A stretch of 64,000 nt of DNA from Thermoplasmata archaeon (GTDB lineage: Archaea > Thermoplasmatota > Thermoplasmata > Lutacidiplasmatales > UBA184): assembly GCA_022750435.1 (NCBI GenBank), contig JAKIVS010000001.1:221703-285702 (forward strand), given 5' to 3'. Each line of letters starts with the position of its first letter. Position 1 is the stretch's first letter. The notes below the pieces were generated by a model that saw nothing but the letters and a program-made list of their open reading frames with translations, ran no database searches and was not told the DNA's origin. Below, in pieces: positions 29,723-39,128 of this stretch. The translations under genes were made by a program, and so were the position numbers.

Positions 29723-31048
29723 ATGCCTGGGACTGCGCCCCGTTCGCCGGCGGCGAAACGGTTCCGGCTCCCGAACGGTCTCCAGGTCATCCTCGCCCCC
29801 CGCCCGGAGAGCCCGACCGCGAGCGTTTGGGTCTGGTACCGGGTCGGCTCGAAGAACGAGTGGCCCGGGGTCACGGGAGCCTCCCACTGGGTCGAGCACA
29901 TGCTCTTCCAGGGATCCCCGAAATTCGGGAAGGGGGAGATCGACCAGGCGATCGTCGAAGTCGGCGGAACGTTGAACGCGTTCACCGACACCGACTTCAC
30001 GGCGTACTTTTCGACCGTTCCTAAGGAACGACTCGCCATCCCGCTCCGCATCGAGGCCGACCGGATGACCCGAGCGCTGCTCACCGACCGGGAGGTCCAA
30101 CGCGAGCGGACCGTGATCCACTCCGAGCGCGAAGGGAACGAGAACTGGCCGGAGTTCCGCGTCGACGAGGAGCTGTACCAGCTCGCCTTCCGCCACCACC
30201 CGTACCGGTGGGAACCGCTCGGTCGCAAGGAAGACATTCGCTCGCTGACCCCGGAGGCGCTCCGGGAGTACTATCACCGGTTCTACGGCCCGAAGAACGC
30301 GGTGCTCGTTGTCACGGGCGGGTACGACCGATCGAGCGTCGAGCGGACGGTTCGCTCCTCGTTTGGCCGGCTCCCGGCCGTCGGGGCTGACCCGGTCGTC
30401 AAGGAGGTTGAGCCACCGCTCACGGGCGAACGCCGTGCGACGTTACGGGGTCCTGGAACGACCCCGTTGGTCGCGATTGGCTGGCGGTCTCCGGCCGTCC
30501 ACGACCCAGCCACGCCGGCGACCATCGTTCTCGACGTCGTGCTCGGCGGGGAGACTCGCCTCTTCTCCTCGGGCGCCTCCTGGGGCCGAGGAGGGGAGCA
30601 CCCGTCCTCCCGACTGTACCAAGCCCTCGTCGACCCGGCCCTCGCCGTGCGCGCGGCGAGCGAGTTCCGTCCCCGCGTCCATCCCTCGCTGTTCACGGTC
30701 AGTGCCCAGGCCGCGGCCGGGGTCACCCTCGACCGGATCGAGGCGACGATCCGGAAGGAGGTCGGACGACTCGCCCGTCGGGGTCCGACCGCCGAGGAGC
30801 TGGCGGACGTCCGGACGAAGGTGCGGCGGGGCGCGGAACTCGCGTACGAAGGCGCCTCGCGGACCGGCTTCCGACTGGGGTACTTCTCGATGCTCGGGCC
30901 CGCCGGCTACGAGTCGACGCTCCTGCGGCGGATCCTCGCGGTCGACCGGGCCGCGGCCCGGAAGCGAGCGGCCGAATTGTTCCGGCCGGGTCACGACGTC
31001 GTCGTGCGGTACGAACCCGCGGGGGAGAGCGATGACCGCGGACCGTAA
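29723..31048 (+). CDS. M16 (pitrilysin-like) zinc peptidase, catalytic subunit
   Basis: LPNGL, VGSKNE..G.SHWVEHMLFQGS (HxxEH), NAFT..D.T.Y motifs. Confidence 0.92.
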   Translation: MPGTAPRSPAAKRFRLPNGLQVILAPRPESPTASVWVWYRVGSKNEWPGVTGASHWVEHMLFQGSPKFGKGEIDQAIVEVGGTLNAFTDTDFTAYFSTVPKERLAIPLRIEADRMTRALLTDREVQRERTVIHSEREGNENWPEFRVDEELYQLAFRHHPYRWEPLGRKEDIRSLTPEALREYYHRFYGPKNAVLVVTGGYDRSSVERTVRSSFGRLPAVGADPVVKEVEPPLTGERRATLRGPGTTPLVAIGWRSPAVHDPATPATIVLDVVLGGETRLFSSGASWGRGGEHPSSRLYQALVDPALAVRAASEFRPRVHPSLFTVSAQAAAGVTLDRIEATIRKEVGRLARRGPTAEELADVRTKVRRGAELAYEGASRTGFRLGYFSMLGPAGYESTLLRRILAVDRAAARKRAAELFRPGHDVVVRYEPAGESDDRGP

Positions 31049-32333
31049 CGACCCGCTCCTGTTCTCACGCCTGGTTCGCGCCGACGGCCTCACGATCGTT
31101 CGGCAGCCCTCCCCGCCCGGCTCGGCGGGCTTCGCCGCGACCTACGTCGCTCCGGCCGGGTGGGCGTACGACCCGGAGGGTCGCGAAGGGTTGGCAGTGG
31201 TGACGAGCCTTGTCGGCCCGAGCGCCGCGGGCCGTCGGGACCGCGTAGCACTCGCGCGCGAGCTCGACCGACTCGGCGGCTCGCTCGAGCGCCACTGCGC
31301 TCCCGAATCCGCCGAGGTCGGCGTGAGCGGCCCGGCCTCGGAACTCGAACCGCTTCTCGGTTTGCTCGCGGACGTCGTGCTCCGTCCTCGATTCGAGCCC
31401 GACGACCTCGAACGGGTCCGGCGACAGATGTTCGAGCGACACCTCCGAGAAGCGACCCAGCCGGGCCACCGGGCGGAACGGGAGCTCTTGCGGGCCGTGT
31501 TCCCGAAGGGAAGCCCGTACCGGGTTTCGGGGCTGGGCGACCACCGGAGCGTGGCCCGCCTCCGACGCGAGGACGTGCGACGGTTCCACCGTGCGACCTC
31601 AACCTCCGATGGGGGATTTCTGGTCCTCACGACGTCGCGCTCCCTCGAGAACGTCCAACGGTCGGCGTCCCGTCTCTTCCCCGAGTTCCCGTCGGAGCAT
31701 CCGGTGGGATTCCCGCGCGTCGCCGCGGCGTCGGCTCCCCGGGCCGCGGAACGCCTGGTTCCGATGGCCGACCGGACCCAGACGGAGATCCGCATCGGCG
31801 GCGGAGCGCCCCCCCGCAGCGACCCCCGATTCCCGGCGCTCTTCCTGGCCAACGAGGTGCTCGGCGGCCGCAGCATGTTGAACCGCCTGTTCCAACACGT
31901 CCGCGAACAACGGGGCCTTGCCTACCATGCCTCGAGCGACCTCGAGGCGATGCGATGGGGCGGCTACTGGCTCGCCCAGGCGGGCACGGGACCGGAGCGG
32001 GCCCAAGCGGTCGTTGCTCTCGTGGCCGAAGAGGTCCGCAGGATCGGCACCCGGCTCATCCCCCAAACCGAGCTCGACCGGATCCGAGAAAGCACGATCG
32101 GCGAGATCCCCCTCGCGCTCGAGACGGCGGGCGATGCCCACGAGCTCGCGGTCGACGGGGCGTACCACGGCCTGTCCGAGCAGTACTGGCGCGAGTGGCC
32201 CGCCCTCCTCCGCTCGGTCTCCTCACGCGCCATCCGCGAGGCGGCGGGGCCGGTCTACGATCCCGCCCATGCGACCACGGTCGTGGCGGGCCCGGGGACC
32301 CCCGTCGCACCGGTTCCACGTCGGGCCGTATAA
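31032..32333 (+). CDS. M16 peptidase, non-catalytic partner subunit
   Basis: NEVLGG....RLFQ.VREQRGLAY motif, no HxxEH; overlaps the catalytic subunit. Confidence 0.88.
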   Translation: MTADRNDPLLFSRLVRADGLTIVRQPSPPGSAGFAATYVAPAGWAYDPEGREGLAVVTSLVGPSAAGRRDRVALARELDRLGGSLERHCAPESAEVGVSGPASELEPLLGLLADVVLRPRFEPDDLERVRRQMFERHLREATQPGHRAERELLRAVFPKGSPYRVSGLGDHRSVARLRREDVRRFHRATSTSDGGFLVLTTSRSLENVQRSASRLFPEFPSEHPVGFPRVAAASAPRAAERLVPMADRTQTEIRIGGGAPPRSDPRFPALFLANEVLGGRSMLNRLFQHVREQRGLAYHASSDLEAMRWGGYWLAQAGTGPERAQAVVALVAEEVRRIGTRLIPQTELDRIRESTIGEIPLALETAGDAHELAVDGAYHGLSEQYWREWPALLRSVSSRAIREAAGPVYDPAHATTVVAGPGTPVAPVPRRAV

Positions 32334-32387
32334 CCGGTGCGAGCCCGCACCCATACGTATATCTACCCCGCTCGGATGGCGCGAGAG

Positions 32388-32657
32388 ATGCCGGGTCCGC
32401 GCCGGGGCGTAAGCGACACGACCGGGATGCTGCGCAAGAACATCACGATCACCCACGAGGAGAACGCCTTCCTCGAGCGCCACCCCGAGATCAACCAGTC
32501 CGCCCTGTTCCGCCAGATCGTCGAGAGCATGATGATGGCCGAGAAGGCGCCCCACGTGGCGTCAATCCAGAACATCAAGCTCGGCAAGGCCGTCTATCGC
32601 TCGGGCGCGATCATGTACCAGCGGAACGAGCGCCGTCGCCCGTCTCCGACGGAATAG
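32388..32657 (+). CDS. Small hypothetical protein, possible ribbon-helix-helix DNA-binding protein
   Basis: Strong GC3 codon bias, RKNITIT..E..FL...EINQSALFRQ pattern, GTATAT box upstream. Start could be 32376, 32388 or 32427. Confidence 0.6.
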   Translation: MPGPRRGVSDTTGMLRKNITITHEENAFLERHPEINQSALFRQIVESMMMAEKAPHVASIQNIKLGKAVYRSGAIMYQRNERRRPSPTE

Positions 32658-33483
32658 GCCGTACCTCCCGTCGGGGGGCGTCGCCCTCCCGGAACCGTTT
32701 TCCCCACTGCGCGGCGATCGACCGTTCGGCATCCGCTGCCCGGGCATACACCACTCCGCTGGCCGACGGACCGGTCGATTCCCAGGCGGCTCGGGCAACG
32801 GCCGGCTCCAGATCGTCGAGCACGTGACGGGCCAGGATATGGCCGAAGGCGAGCGACCGGCGCTTGGTGAGGTCGGTGAAGTGGGGGGCGTAGTGACCGC
32901 CGCCCACGCCCAGCACCACCCGGTCGTGGGGGTCCTCCTCGAGCGAACTCACGACGTCCGCGATCAGCGAGGTGGCCGACTCCCGGGGAGGCAAGGATTC
33001 GCTTCCGCCGACTTCGATGAAGAACGCGGGAACGGCGAGTTCCGGTCCGTGGTGGGTCGCTTCGTAGGTGGTGGGGAGGCCGACCTTCGCCGCTCCCTCC
33101 TCTAAACGTCGGAGGCCATCCGCCATCCAGCGGGGTGCGGCTGGGGTGAGCACCCCCGGGCGGCCCCCGACCTCGGCGGTCGGCCCTGGATTGCCGAGCG
33201 GGTGGACGGTGAGCGCTTCGTCTCCCCGCTCACTCCGGTGGACCGACGGAAAGACGAGCGGGACCATCGCCGCACGCCACGCGTCGGGAAGTTTCGCATC
33301 GAGTCGTTCATCGAAGATGTGCCGTCCCGGACGGCGCAGCGCGACCACCCCGGGGGCGACGTCGCGGACCGGGGCTCCGTCCACCAAGACCCCGGTAGAG
33401 GGGCCCGTCCCCAGGCGCAGCGCAACGGCGCTGGCGACGGGGTCGAGATCCGAGAGGACGATGACGTAGTTCGGGAGGCTCAC
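32611..33483 (-). CDS. dtdA: D-aminoacyl-tRNA deacylase (DTD2)
   Basis: SVHRS, LTVHPLGN, YEATHHGP, FFIEVG and GGGHYAP motifs. Confidence 0.92.
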   Translation of the reverse strand: MSLPNYVIVLSDLDPVASAVALRLGTGPSTGVLVDGAPVRDVAPGVVALRRPGRHIFDERLDAKLPDAWRAAMVPLVFPSVHRSERGDEALTVHPLGNPGPTAEVGGRPGVLTPAAPRWMADGLRRLEEGAAKVGLPTTYEATHHGPELAVPAFFIEVGGSESLPPRESATSLIADVVSSLEEDPHDRVVLGVGGGHYAPHFTDLTKRRSLAFGHILARHVLDDLEPAVARAAWESTGPSASGVVYARAADAERSIAAQWGKRFREGDAPRREVRPIPSETGDGARSAGT

Positions 33484-33640
33484 GTTCGGGAATCGGGGGC
33501 TCGGGGATAACCCCTCACGGCGCGCCGTGGCTCTCCAGTCAACGAGCCGACGGGAATCCCACTGCGACTCCGCGCCCCGAGTCGCCCTCAACCAGTGGAC
33601 GGGGGCGAAGGTTCATCGCGCCCTCGAAGCTCGCGCACTC

Positions 33641-34915
33641 GTGGCTGTCGACTCCGCGCCGACCGCGCGCCAATTCGTTCTGGGCCGTCAAGGTCTCTGG
33701 CCCGGCCGCCGATGGGAGGGAGCCAAAGGGACCGTGCAGGCAGTGCGATACGTCGGCTCGGTCCAGGTCGACCCGCTCGACGTCGTCGGTCATAGCCAGG
33801 ACCTCGTCCTCTGGGGACGAGTCGAGGGCTATCGCACCGACCACCTCGAGCGAGCGATCTATCGCGACCGGTCGTTGTTCGAGTGGGGGGGCAACCTCCA
33901 GATCCGACCCATCGAGGAACTCCCCTACCTGCGGATTGTCATGCAACGCAAGGTCGAGGAACCGCGCTGGACGTTGTTTGCTCGGAGGAACTCTGGCGTC
34001 ATCCGAGCGGTACTCGCGGAGGTGGAGAGACGTGGCCCGCTCGGAAGCCGCGACCTCGCCTCCACCGGTTCGGGGCGCGTGACCAATTATCGGGCCCGGA
34101 CGGAAGCGGGCCTGGCACTGTACTATCTCTGGCTCCGCGGGGACCTCCTGCTGGCCCACCGGCAAAGGGGCGAGAAGATGTTCGATCTCGCGACCCGCAC
34201 CTACCCACGAGCCTTGCGCGAGGTGCCCGTCGAGGAAGCGGAGCAGCACCTCATCTTCGGCACGCTTCGCGACCTGGGTCTCGCCACCGCCTCCGAATGG
34301 CTCGCGTACGCCCACACCCGCATCGGACGCTCGACGTTGCGGCTCGAGTGGAAAGCGCGGGTCCAACGGTGGCGAGAAGACGGAAGGATCCTCGAAACCG
34401 ACGTCGACGGTTGGAAGGGCCGTCGGTTTTACGTCGCCGAGGCCGCCCCGGACCTCGAGGCCCTACGCGACGGCCGGGTTCCCAAGTCCTGGACGCCCTG
34501 CCGGACCTCGACCGAGGAGGAGGTGGTGTTCCTCTCTCCGCTGGAGCGGGTTTCGGGAAATGGACGTGCTGCCCGTCTCTTCGATTTTGAGTACGTGTGG
34601 GAGGTCTACAAACCCGCGAAGGATCGACGCTGGGGCTACTACACTCTCCCCATCCTCTACGGCGATCGGCTCACGGCGCGCATCGAGTTGAAGTTCGACC
34701 GGGGGCATCAGCTGCTCCGAGTGCTCGGTTTCTGGCCGGAGCACCGCTTGTCGCTGCGCGACGTGGCCTTCACGTCCGCGCTGGGACGCGCTTTGGCCCG
34801 GATGGCCGACTTCCACCGGGCCGTCGAAGTCGATGTCAAGGTCCTCGGCACGGGAGCGACTTGGTCCCGCGTCGACCGCGCGGTCCGGAAGTACCGCGCC
34901 TCTCCCGACGCCTAG
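33641..34915 (+). CDS. YcaQ/AlkZ-like winged-helix DNA glycosylase (crosslink repair)
   Basis: VQVDPLDVV (QxD), LFE.W, FLSPL, LFDFEYVWEVYKP...RRWGYY.LPIL.GD motifs. Start approximate. Confidence 0.85.
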   Translation: MAVDSAPTARQFVLGRQGLWPGRRWEGAKGTVQAVRYVGSVQVDPLDVVGHSQDLVLWGRVEGYRTDHLERAIYRDRSLFEWGGNLQIRPIEELPYLRIVMQRKVEEPRWTLFARRNSGVIRAVLAEVERRGPLGSRDLASTGSGRVTNYRARTEAGLALYYLWLRGDLLLAHRQRGEKMFDLATRTYPRALREVPVEEAEQHLIFGTLRDLGLATASEWLAYAHTRIGRSTLRLEWKARVQRWREDGRILETDVDGWKGRRFYVAEAAPDLEALRDGRVPKSWTPCRTSTEEEVVFLSPLERVSGNGRAARLFDFEYVWEVYKPAKDRRWGYYTLPILYGDRLTARIELKFDRGHQLLRVLGFWPEHRLSLRDVAFTSALGRALARMADFHRAVEVDVKVLGTGATWSRVDRAVRKYRASPDA

Positions 34916-35001
34916 TCCCCGGGTCCCGGTACTATCGTCTCCGAGACGGTCGGCCACGAAGGCGACGCTGTGGCTTTAGGCGCCGAGCCCTCCCGCGGGC
35001 C

Positions 35002-35763
35002 GTGTCGGTCCCCCGCGCGGTCGTCGCCTGGAGTACAGGGAAGGACGCGGCGTTTGCCTTGGAGGAGGTCCGTGGGTCCGGATCGTACGAGATCGTCGGA
35101 CTCCTGACCACCGTCACGGAACCGTATGCTCGCGTGTCGATGCACGGGGTACGGACGGAACTCTTGGAGCTTCAGGCCGAGCGGCTCGGTTTCCCACTAC
35201 ATCGCGTACCGATTCCCGCCCCCTGCCCCAATTCGGTGTATGAGGCCGCGATGGCCGAGGCCCTCGGCCAACTCCGGGCCGACGGCGTGAACCATGTCAT
35301 CTTCGGCGACCTCTTTCTAGTGGATGTCCGACGCTATCGCGAAGATCGAATGGCCGGGACCGGCGTTGCACCGGTTTTTCCCCTATGGGGTCGCTCCACC
35401 CTCGACCTCGCCCGCGAGATGCTCACGCGGGGGCTCAGAGCAACGGTCAGCTGCGTCGACCCACGACGCTTATCAGCCTCATTCGCGGGCCGAGACTTCG
35501 ACGAACGATTCCTTGCCGACCTCCCACCCGACGTCGACCCCTGCGGCGAAAATGGAGAGTTCCACACGTTCGTCTACGACCTGCCGGCCTTCGGGACCGC
35601 GATCAAAATCCGACGGGGAAGCGTCGTGGAACGCGACGGGTTTGTCTTCGCGGACCTCCTCCCCGACGGGAGTCCCGGGCCCACCGTTCCCCAAGATGGA
35701 CCCACGCACTCCCGAGTGGTGGAAAACGGCGCGATGGGCACGATGGGTTCTCGCCGAAAGTAG
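35002..35763 (+). CDS. PP-loop ATPase (diphthamide synthase / MJ0570-related, DUF71-like)
   Basis: WSTGKD, RVSMHGVR, FGDLFL.D.R.YRE, PLWG and DPCGENGEFHTFV motifs. Confidence 0.85.
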   Translation: MSVPRAVVAWSTGKDAAFALEEVRGSGSYEIVGLLTTVTEPYARVSMHGVRTELLELQAERLGFPLHRVPIPAPCPNSVYEAAMAEALGQLRADGVNHVIFGDLFLVDVRRYREDRMAGTGVAPVFPLWGRSTLDLAREMLTRGLRATVSCVDPRRLSASFAGRDFDERFLADLPPDVDPCGENGEFHTFVYDLPAFGTAIKIRRGSVVERDGFVFADLLPDGSPGPTVPQDGPTHSRVVENGAMGTMGSRRK

Positions 35764-35826
35764 TAAACGCGGGGAGCCGGTGCACTCCACCTCCGCGGAC
35801 GACCGCAGAGGCTTTCGGAGCCGCCG

Positions 35827-37284
35827 GTGAACACGAACATTCTCGTCGCCATCGCGGTCGTCGCCCTGCTCGCCGGGCCCGTGGAGTACTACAGCGTCGC
35901 CGAAGCGTCCGCCCCGGCGGCGCATACCCTGAGCTTCAACCAACTGGGATTCCTCGATCACATCGACCACATCGTGTACGTCGTGATGGAGAACCACGCG
36001 TACGACAACTACTTCGGAACCTATTGTCAGACCAAGAGCGTCGACTGTCCCAACACCTCCCCCGGGATTCCCGCCGGCACCTGCGTCCCGTACAACGTTT
36101 CCCTTCCGAACGGCCCGTGCATCAAACCCTGGAACTATACCGCCCAGAACTGGTCACTGAAGACCCTCCTTCCGCACTCCTACAAGTCCTCCGAAGCGTC
36201 GTGGAACTACGGCGCGATGGACGGGTTCTACCAGGCAGAGGGCTCCGGCCTCGACCCCTTCGGCCACTACAACGGGACGACCGCCCCGATCTACTGGGAC
36301 CTGGCGCAGGAGTACGCGCTTTCGGACAACTTCTTCTCGTCGGTCCTGAGCTATTCGCTCCCCAATCACTGGCACATCGTCGCGGGACAAGCGCCGCAAG
36401 TCATCATCGTCAACGGCACCCTCGGCTCCCCCGCGGTACCGGCCAACCTGACGATCGCGAACGACAAGACCTACCTCGGGCAGGCGAACAACACTCGCAG
36501 CATCGAGGATCTCCTGCTCCGCTCCAAGGTCTCGTGGACGTACTACGACTACACCCTCGGAACGTACGCCAGCGCGATCAACATCAAGCTGAACGCCGCC
36601 AAGAATCTGATCACATCGACCGGCGTCGCGTACAATCCTTGGAATCCCCAGGCGGCGAAGGCGGAGTCCTACAACGCATCGTTCGTCCAGCACTTCGCCG
36701 TGAACACGCAGTTCTACTCCGACGCGCGGAACGGGACGCTTCCGAACCTCTCCTGGGTGATCCCGGCTGCGCAGGACTCCGACCACGCCCCGCAGAACTC
36801 CACGCTCGCCCAGACGTGGCTGGCGAGCATCGTGAACGCGGTCGAGACATCGCCCGACTGGAACACCACGGCCCTGTACATCACGTGGGACGACTTCGGG
36901 GGCTTCTACGACAACGTCGCACCCCCGAGTTTCTACGGCCAGCAGCTTGCCTTCCGAGTGCCCCTGATTGTCATTAGCCCGTACACCCGGGCCGGAGCGA
37001 TCACGAACACGATGGGATTCTTCGAGTCTGTCCTCCGCCTGATGGAGTGGCGGTTCCATCTCGGCTGCCTGACCGTCCTCGACTGCAATGCTCCTCTCCC
37101 GATCTACGGGTTCAACTGGAACCAAACCGCACGGGCCCCGATGTTGTTCCCCACCAACTTCTCGAAGGCGACGTACCCGTTCAATCCGAAGTGGGATCAA
37201 GGAACGAAGATTCCCGAGGGAACGTACGTGCCGCCGGCGAACTACACGTACTTTCCAGACGGAGAACTGCCCGACATCGATTGA
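35827..37284 (+). CDS. Secreted phosphoesterase (phospholipase C / acid phosphatase family)
   Basis: Signal peptide, HIVYVVMENHAYDNYFG, DNFFS...SLPNH, ITWDD.GGFYD.V and RVPLIVISPY motifs. Confidence 0.88.
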   Translation: MNTNILVAIAVVALLAGPVEYYSVAEASAPAAHTLSFNQLGFLDHIDHIVYVVMENHAYDNYFGTYCQTKSVDCPNTSPGIPAGTCVPYNVSLPNGPCIKPWNYTAQNWSLKTLLPHSYKSSEASWNYGAMDGFYQAEGSGLDPFGHYNGTTAPIYWDLAQEYALSDNFFSSVLSYSLPNHWHIVAGQAPQVIIVNGTLGSPAVPANLTIANDKTYLGQANNTRSIEDLLLRSKVSWTYYDYTLGTYASAINIKLNAAKNLITSTGVAYNPWNPQAAKAESYNASFVQHFAVNTQFYSDARNGTLPNLSWVIPAAQDSDHAPQNSTLAQTWLASIVNAVETSPDWNTTALYITWDDFGGFYDNVAPPSFYGQQLAFRVPLIVISPYTRAGAITNTMGFFESVLRLMEWRFHLGCLTVLDCNAPLPIYGFNWNQTARAPMLFPTNFSKATYPFNPKWDQGTKIPEGTYVPPANYTYFPDGELPDID

Positions 37285-37450
37285 GCCGAGATTTCCGGTG
37301 GTCGACCCTTCGGGGCCGACCTGAAGGCGGTGGACCGGGGGCCCCGGCGCTCGAGTTGCACGTCCCTCGGAGGTGGGCGGTTCGTGAACCGGCCGGCGGG
37401 CGGTTCCCCGGACCGGCCGGCCTCGGCAGGGAATCACGCCGAGAGTGAGG

Positions 37451-37555
37451 TGCTCCCGGCGGGAGTTTCCCCGGACGGCGGGAATCGCCGTCCGATTTTG
37501 AACCCGCGTCAGAGGCTCGAGAGGCCTCTATCCTTGACCACTAGACTACGGGAGC
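37451..37555 (-). tRNA. tRNA-Glu(CUC) with a 32-nt intron in the T-loop (59/60; intron 37465-37496)
   Basis: Reverse complement folds as GCTCCCG acceptor / CGGGAGC-A, D-arm with AGTGGTCA, GAGGC-CT-CTC-GA-GCCTC anticodon arm (anticodon 37519-37521), and GCGGG-TTCAAA[intron]T-CCCGC. Mature length 73 nt. Confidence 0.92.
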
Positions 37556-37661
37556 AGCCTCGGCTGCGGTACTGAATCCGCTCTTTGAGGCTTTCGCACT
37601 CGAAATCCGCACCGGCACGGCGGGCGGCAACGCCTATCTGCGCCCGACCGGTTCCGGCCCC

Positions 37662-38120
37662 GTGACTCCACCGGTCAAGGCCCGTAGTGGCCACCTCATC
37701 CTCGAAGGCCGTCAGACCTACGCCGACCTGACACGCGTCTACCCGGACATCCACCGGAAGGTCGTCGAAGCGAACCGTCCGTTCGCGAAGGAGTCCGAGC
37801 CGTTGCTCCCCGAGGTCCTTCTCGAGGAGAATCTCCGGGACCTTCGCGCCGGCCGCAAGCCCGCCGGCTACAACCGCTCCGAGCCGTTCGCCCTCCGCCT
37901 GATCTTTCCGATCTGCGACCGCAAGCATCCGGAGTTCTACTTCTCGAAGCCCGCGCGCTGCCAGGAGGTCGTTCAGATCACGGAGCAGGTCTCTCAGCTC
38001 CTCAAGCGACGCGGCATGAAGCACACGGTCGAGTACGACCGGCTGCCGCTCGGCGTTCCCCGTGGCCTGCCGCCCGTTCCTCCCGTGGGGAGCGGCACAG
38101 GGTCCATCAGCATCGGTTGA
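37662..38120 (+). CDS. Hypothetical protein
   Basis: 152-aa ORF with host-like GC3 codon bias filling the gap between the tRNA and the ABC operon; no recognised motif. Confidence 0.65.
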   Translation: MTPPVKARSGHLILEGRQTYADLTRVYPDIHRKVVEANRPFAKESEPLLPEVLLEENLRDLRAGRKPAGYNRSEPFALRLIFPICDRKHPEFYFSKPARCQEVVQITEQVSQLLKRRGMKHTVEYDRLPLGVPRGLPPVPPVGSGTGSISIG

Positions 38121-38225
38121 TCCGGTCCGACCCGCGCGAGAGGGCGGGCTGCGGGGCCGGGCGGTGCTCCACGACCTGCGTCCGCGGGCGGAGGCTCCGC
38201 TCGGAAGCCGGCGGCCCTCGTCGGA

Positions 38226-39128
38226 TCACGTCGGTCCGGCGTCGTGCGGGTGGGACGCGAAGAGGCGGGGGGAGGCGTCCGTGCGGAGCGCTTTGCCGAC
38301 CCGGACGATCACGTAGAGCGCGAACGCGATGGTCACGATGAAGAAACTGACCGGATACGGCTCGTACCAGGAGATGAACAGCCCGAGCCACGTCGCGGAC
38401 AACGCCACAGAGACGGAGACAAGGACCGCCGTGAGCGGGCGTTTGGTGAGGCGGACGGCGATCGCGGCGGGAGTCACCATCAGGGCGAAGATCAGCAGGA
38501 CCCCGATGATCTGGACCGCGATCGAAATCGTCACGGCGAGCATCACCATGAACGCGAGGTTGAGCGCGAGCATCGGGAGGCCTTTCGCCTCGGCGACGTC
38601 CTCGTCCAGGGACGCGAACAGGAGCGGTCGGTAGATCATCGCGAGGACGGCGAGCACGATGAGGCTCGTCCAGAAGGTGAAGCTCACCCCGGAGGCGCTG
38701 ATGCCGAGGACTTCCCCGAACAGGATCGAGTACGCCTCGGTGGCGTACCCCTTGTAGAGGCTGAGGAACAGGAGACCGAGGCCGAGCGCGAAGGCGAGCA
38801 CGGTCCCGATCTCGACGTCGCGGTTGGTCGCCCGATTGCCGAGGAACGCCATCCCGCTCGCCGTGGCGATCGTGAACACGAGGAGGCCGTACACCGGCTG
38901 GACCCCGAGGAGGACCGCCCCCGCCGCTCCGGAGAATCCTGTATGGCCGAGGGCGTGAGTGGCGAATGAGGCGCGCCGGAGAACGACGAAGTAGCCGATG
39001 ATCCCCGCGAGGATTGCGATGATCGTTCCCGCCTCGAATGCGTTGCGCATGAACTCGAACGCGAGCATCGACCGGAGGTCGGTCACGATGTTCCAGTTGA
39101 ACCCCGGGCCGGCCGCCGAGCCGCTCAT
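38226..39128 (-). CDS. Metal (Mn/Zn) ABC transporter permease
   Basis: FMRNAF.AG, HALGH..FSGAA, ILFG.VLGI, D.DVA.A.G and IGVLLIFALMVTPAA motifs. Confidence 0.9.
   Translation of the reverse strand: MSGSAAGPGFNWNIVTDLRSMLAFEFMRNAFEAGTIIAILAGIIGYFVVLRRASFATHALGHTGFSGAAGAVLLGVQPVYGLLVFTIATASGMAFLGNRATNRDVEIGTVLAFALGLGLLFLSLYKGYATEAYSILFGEVLGISASGVSFTFWTSLIVLAVLAMIYRPLLFASLDEDVAEAKGLPMLALNLAFMVMLAVTISIAVQIIGVLLIFALMVTPAAIAVRLTKRPLTAVLVSVSVALSATWLGLFISWYEPYPVSFFIVTIAFALYVIVRVGKALRTDASPRLFASHPHDAGPT

Noticed and set aside
37290-37460. Integrative element at tRNA-Glu
   Set aside because: No integrase and no duplicate of the tRNA 3' end was seen in the window.
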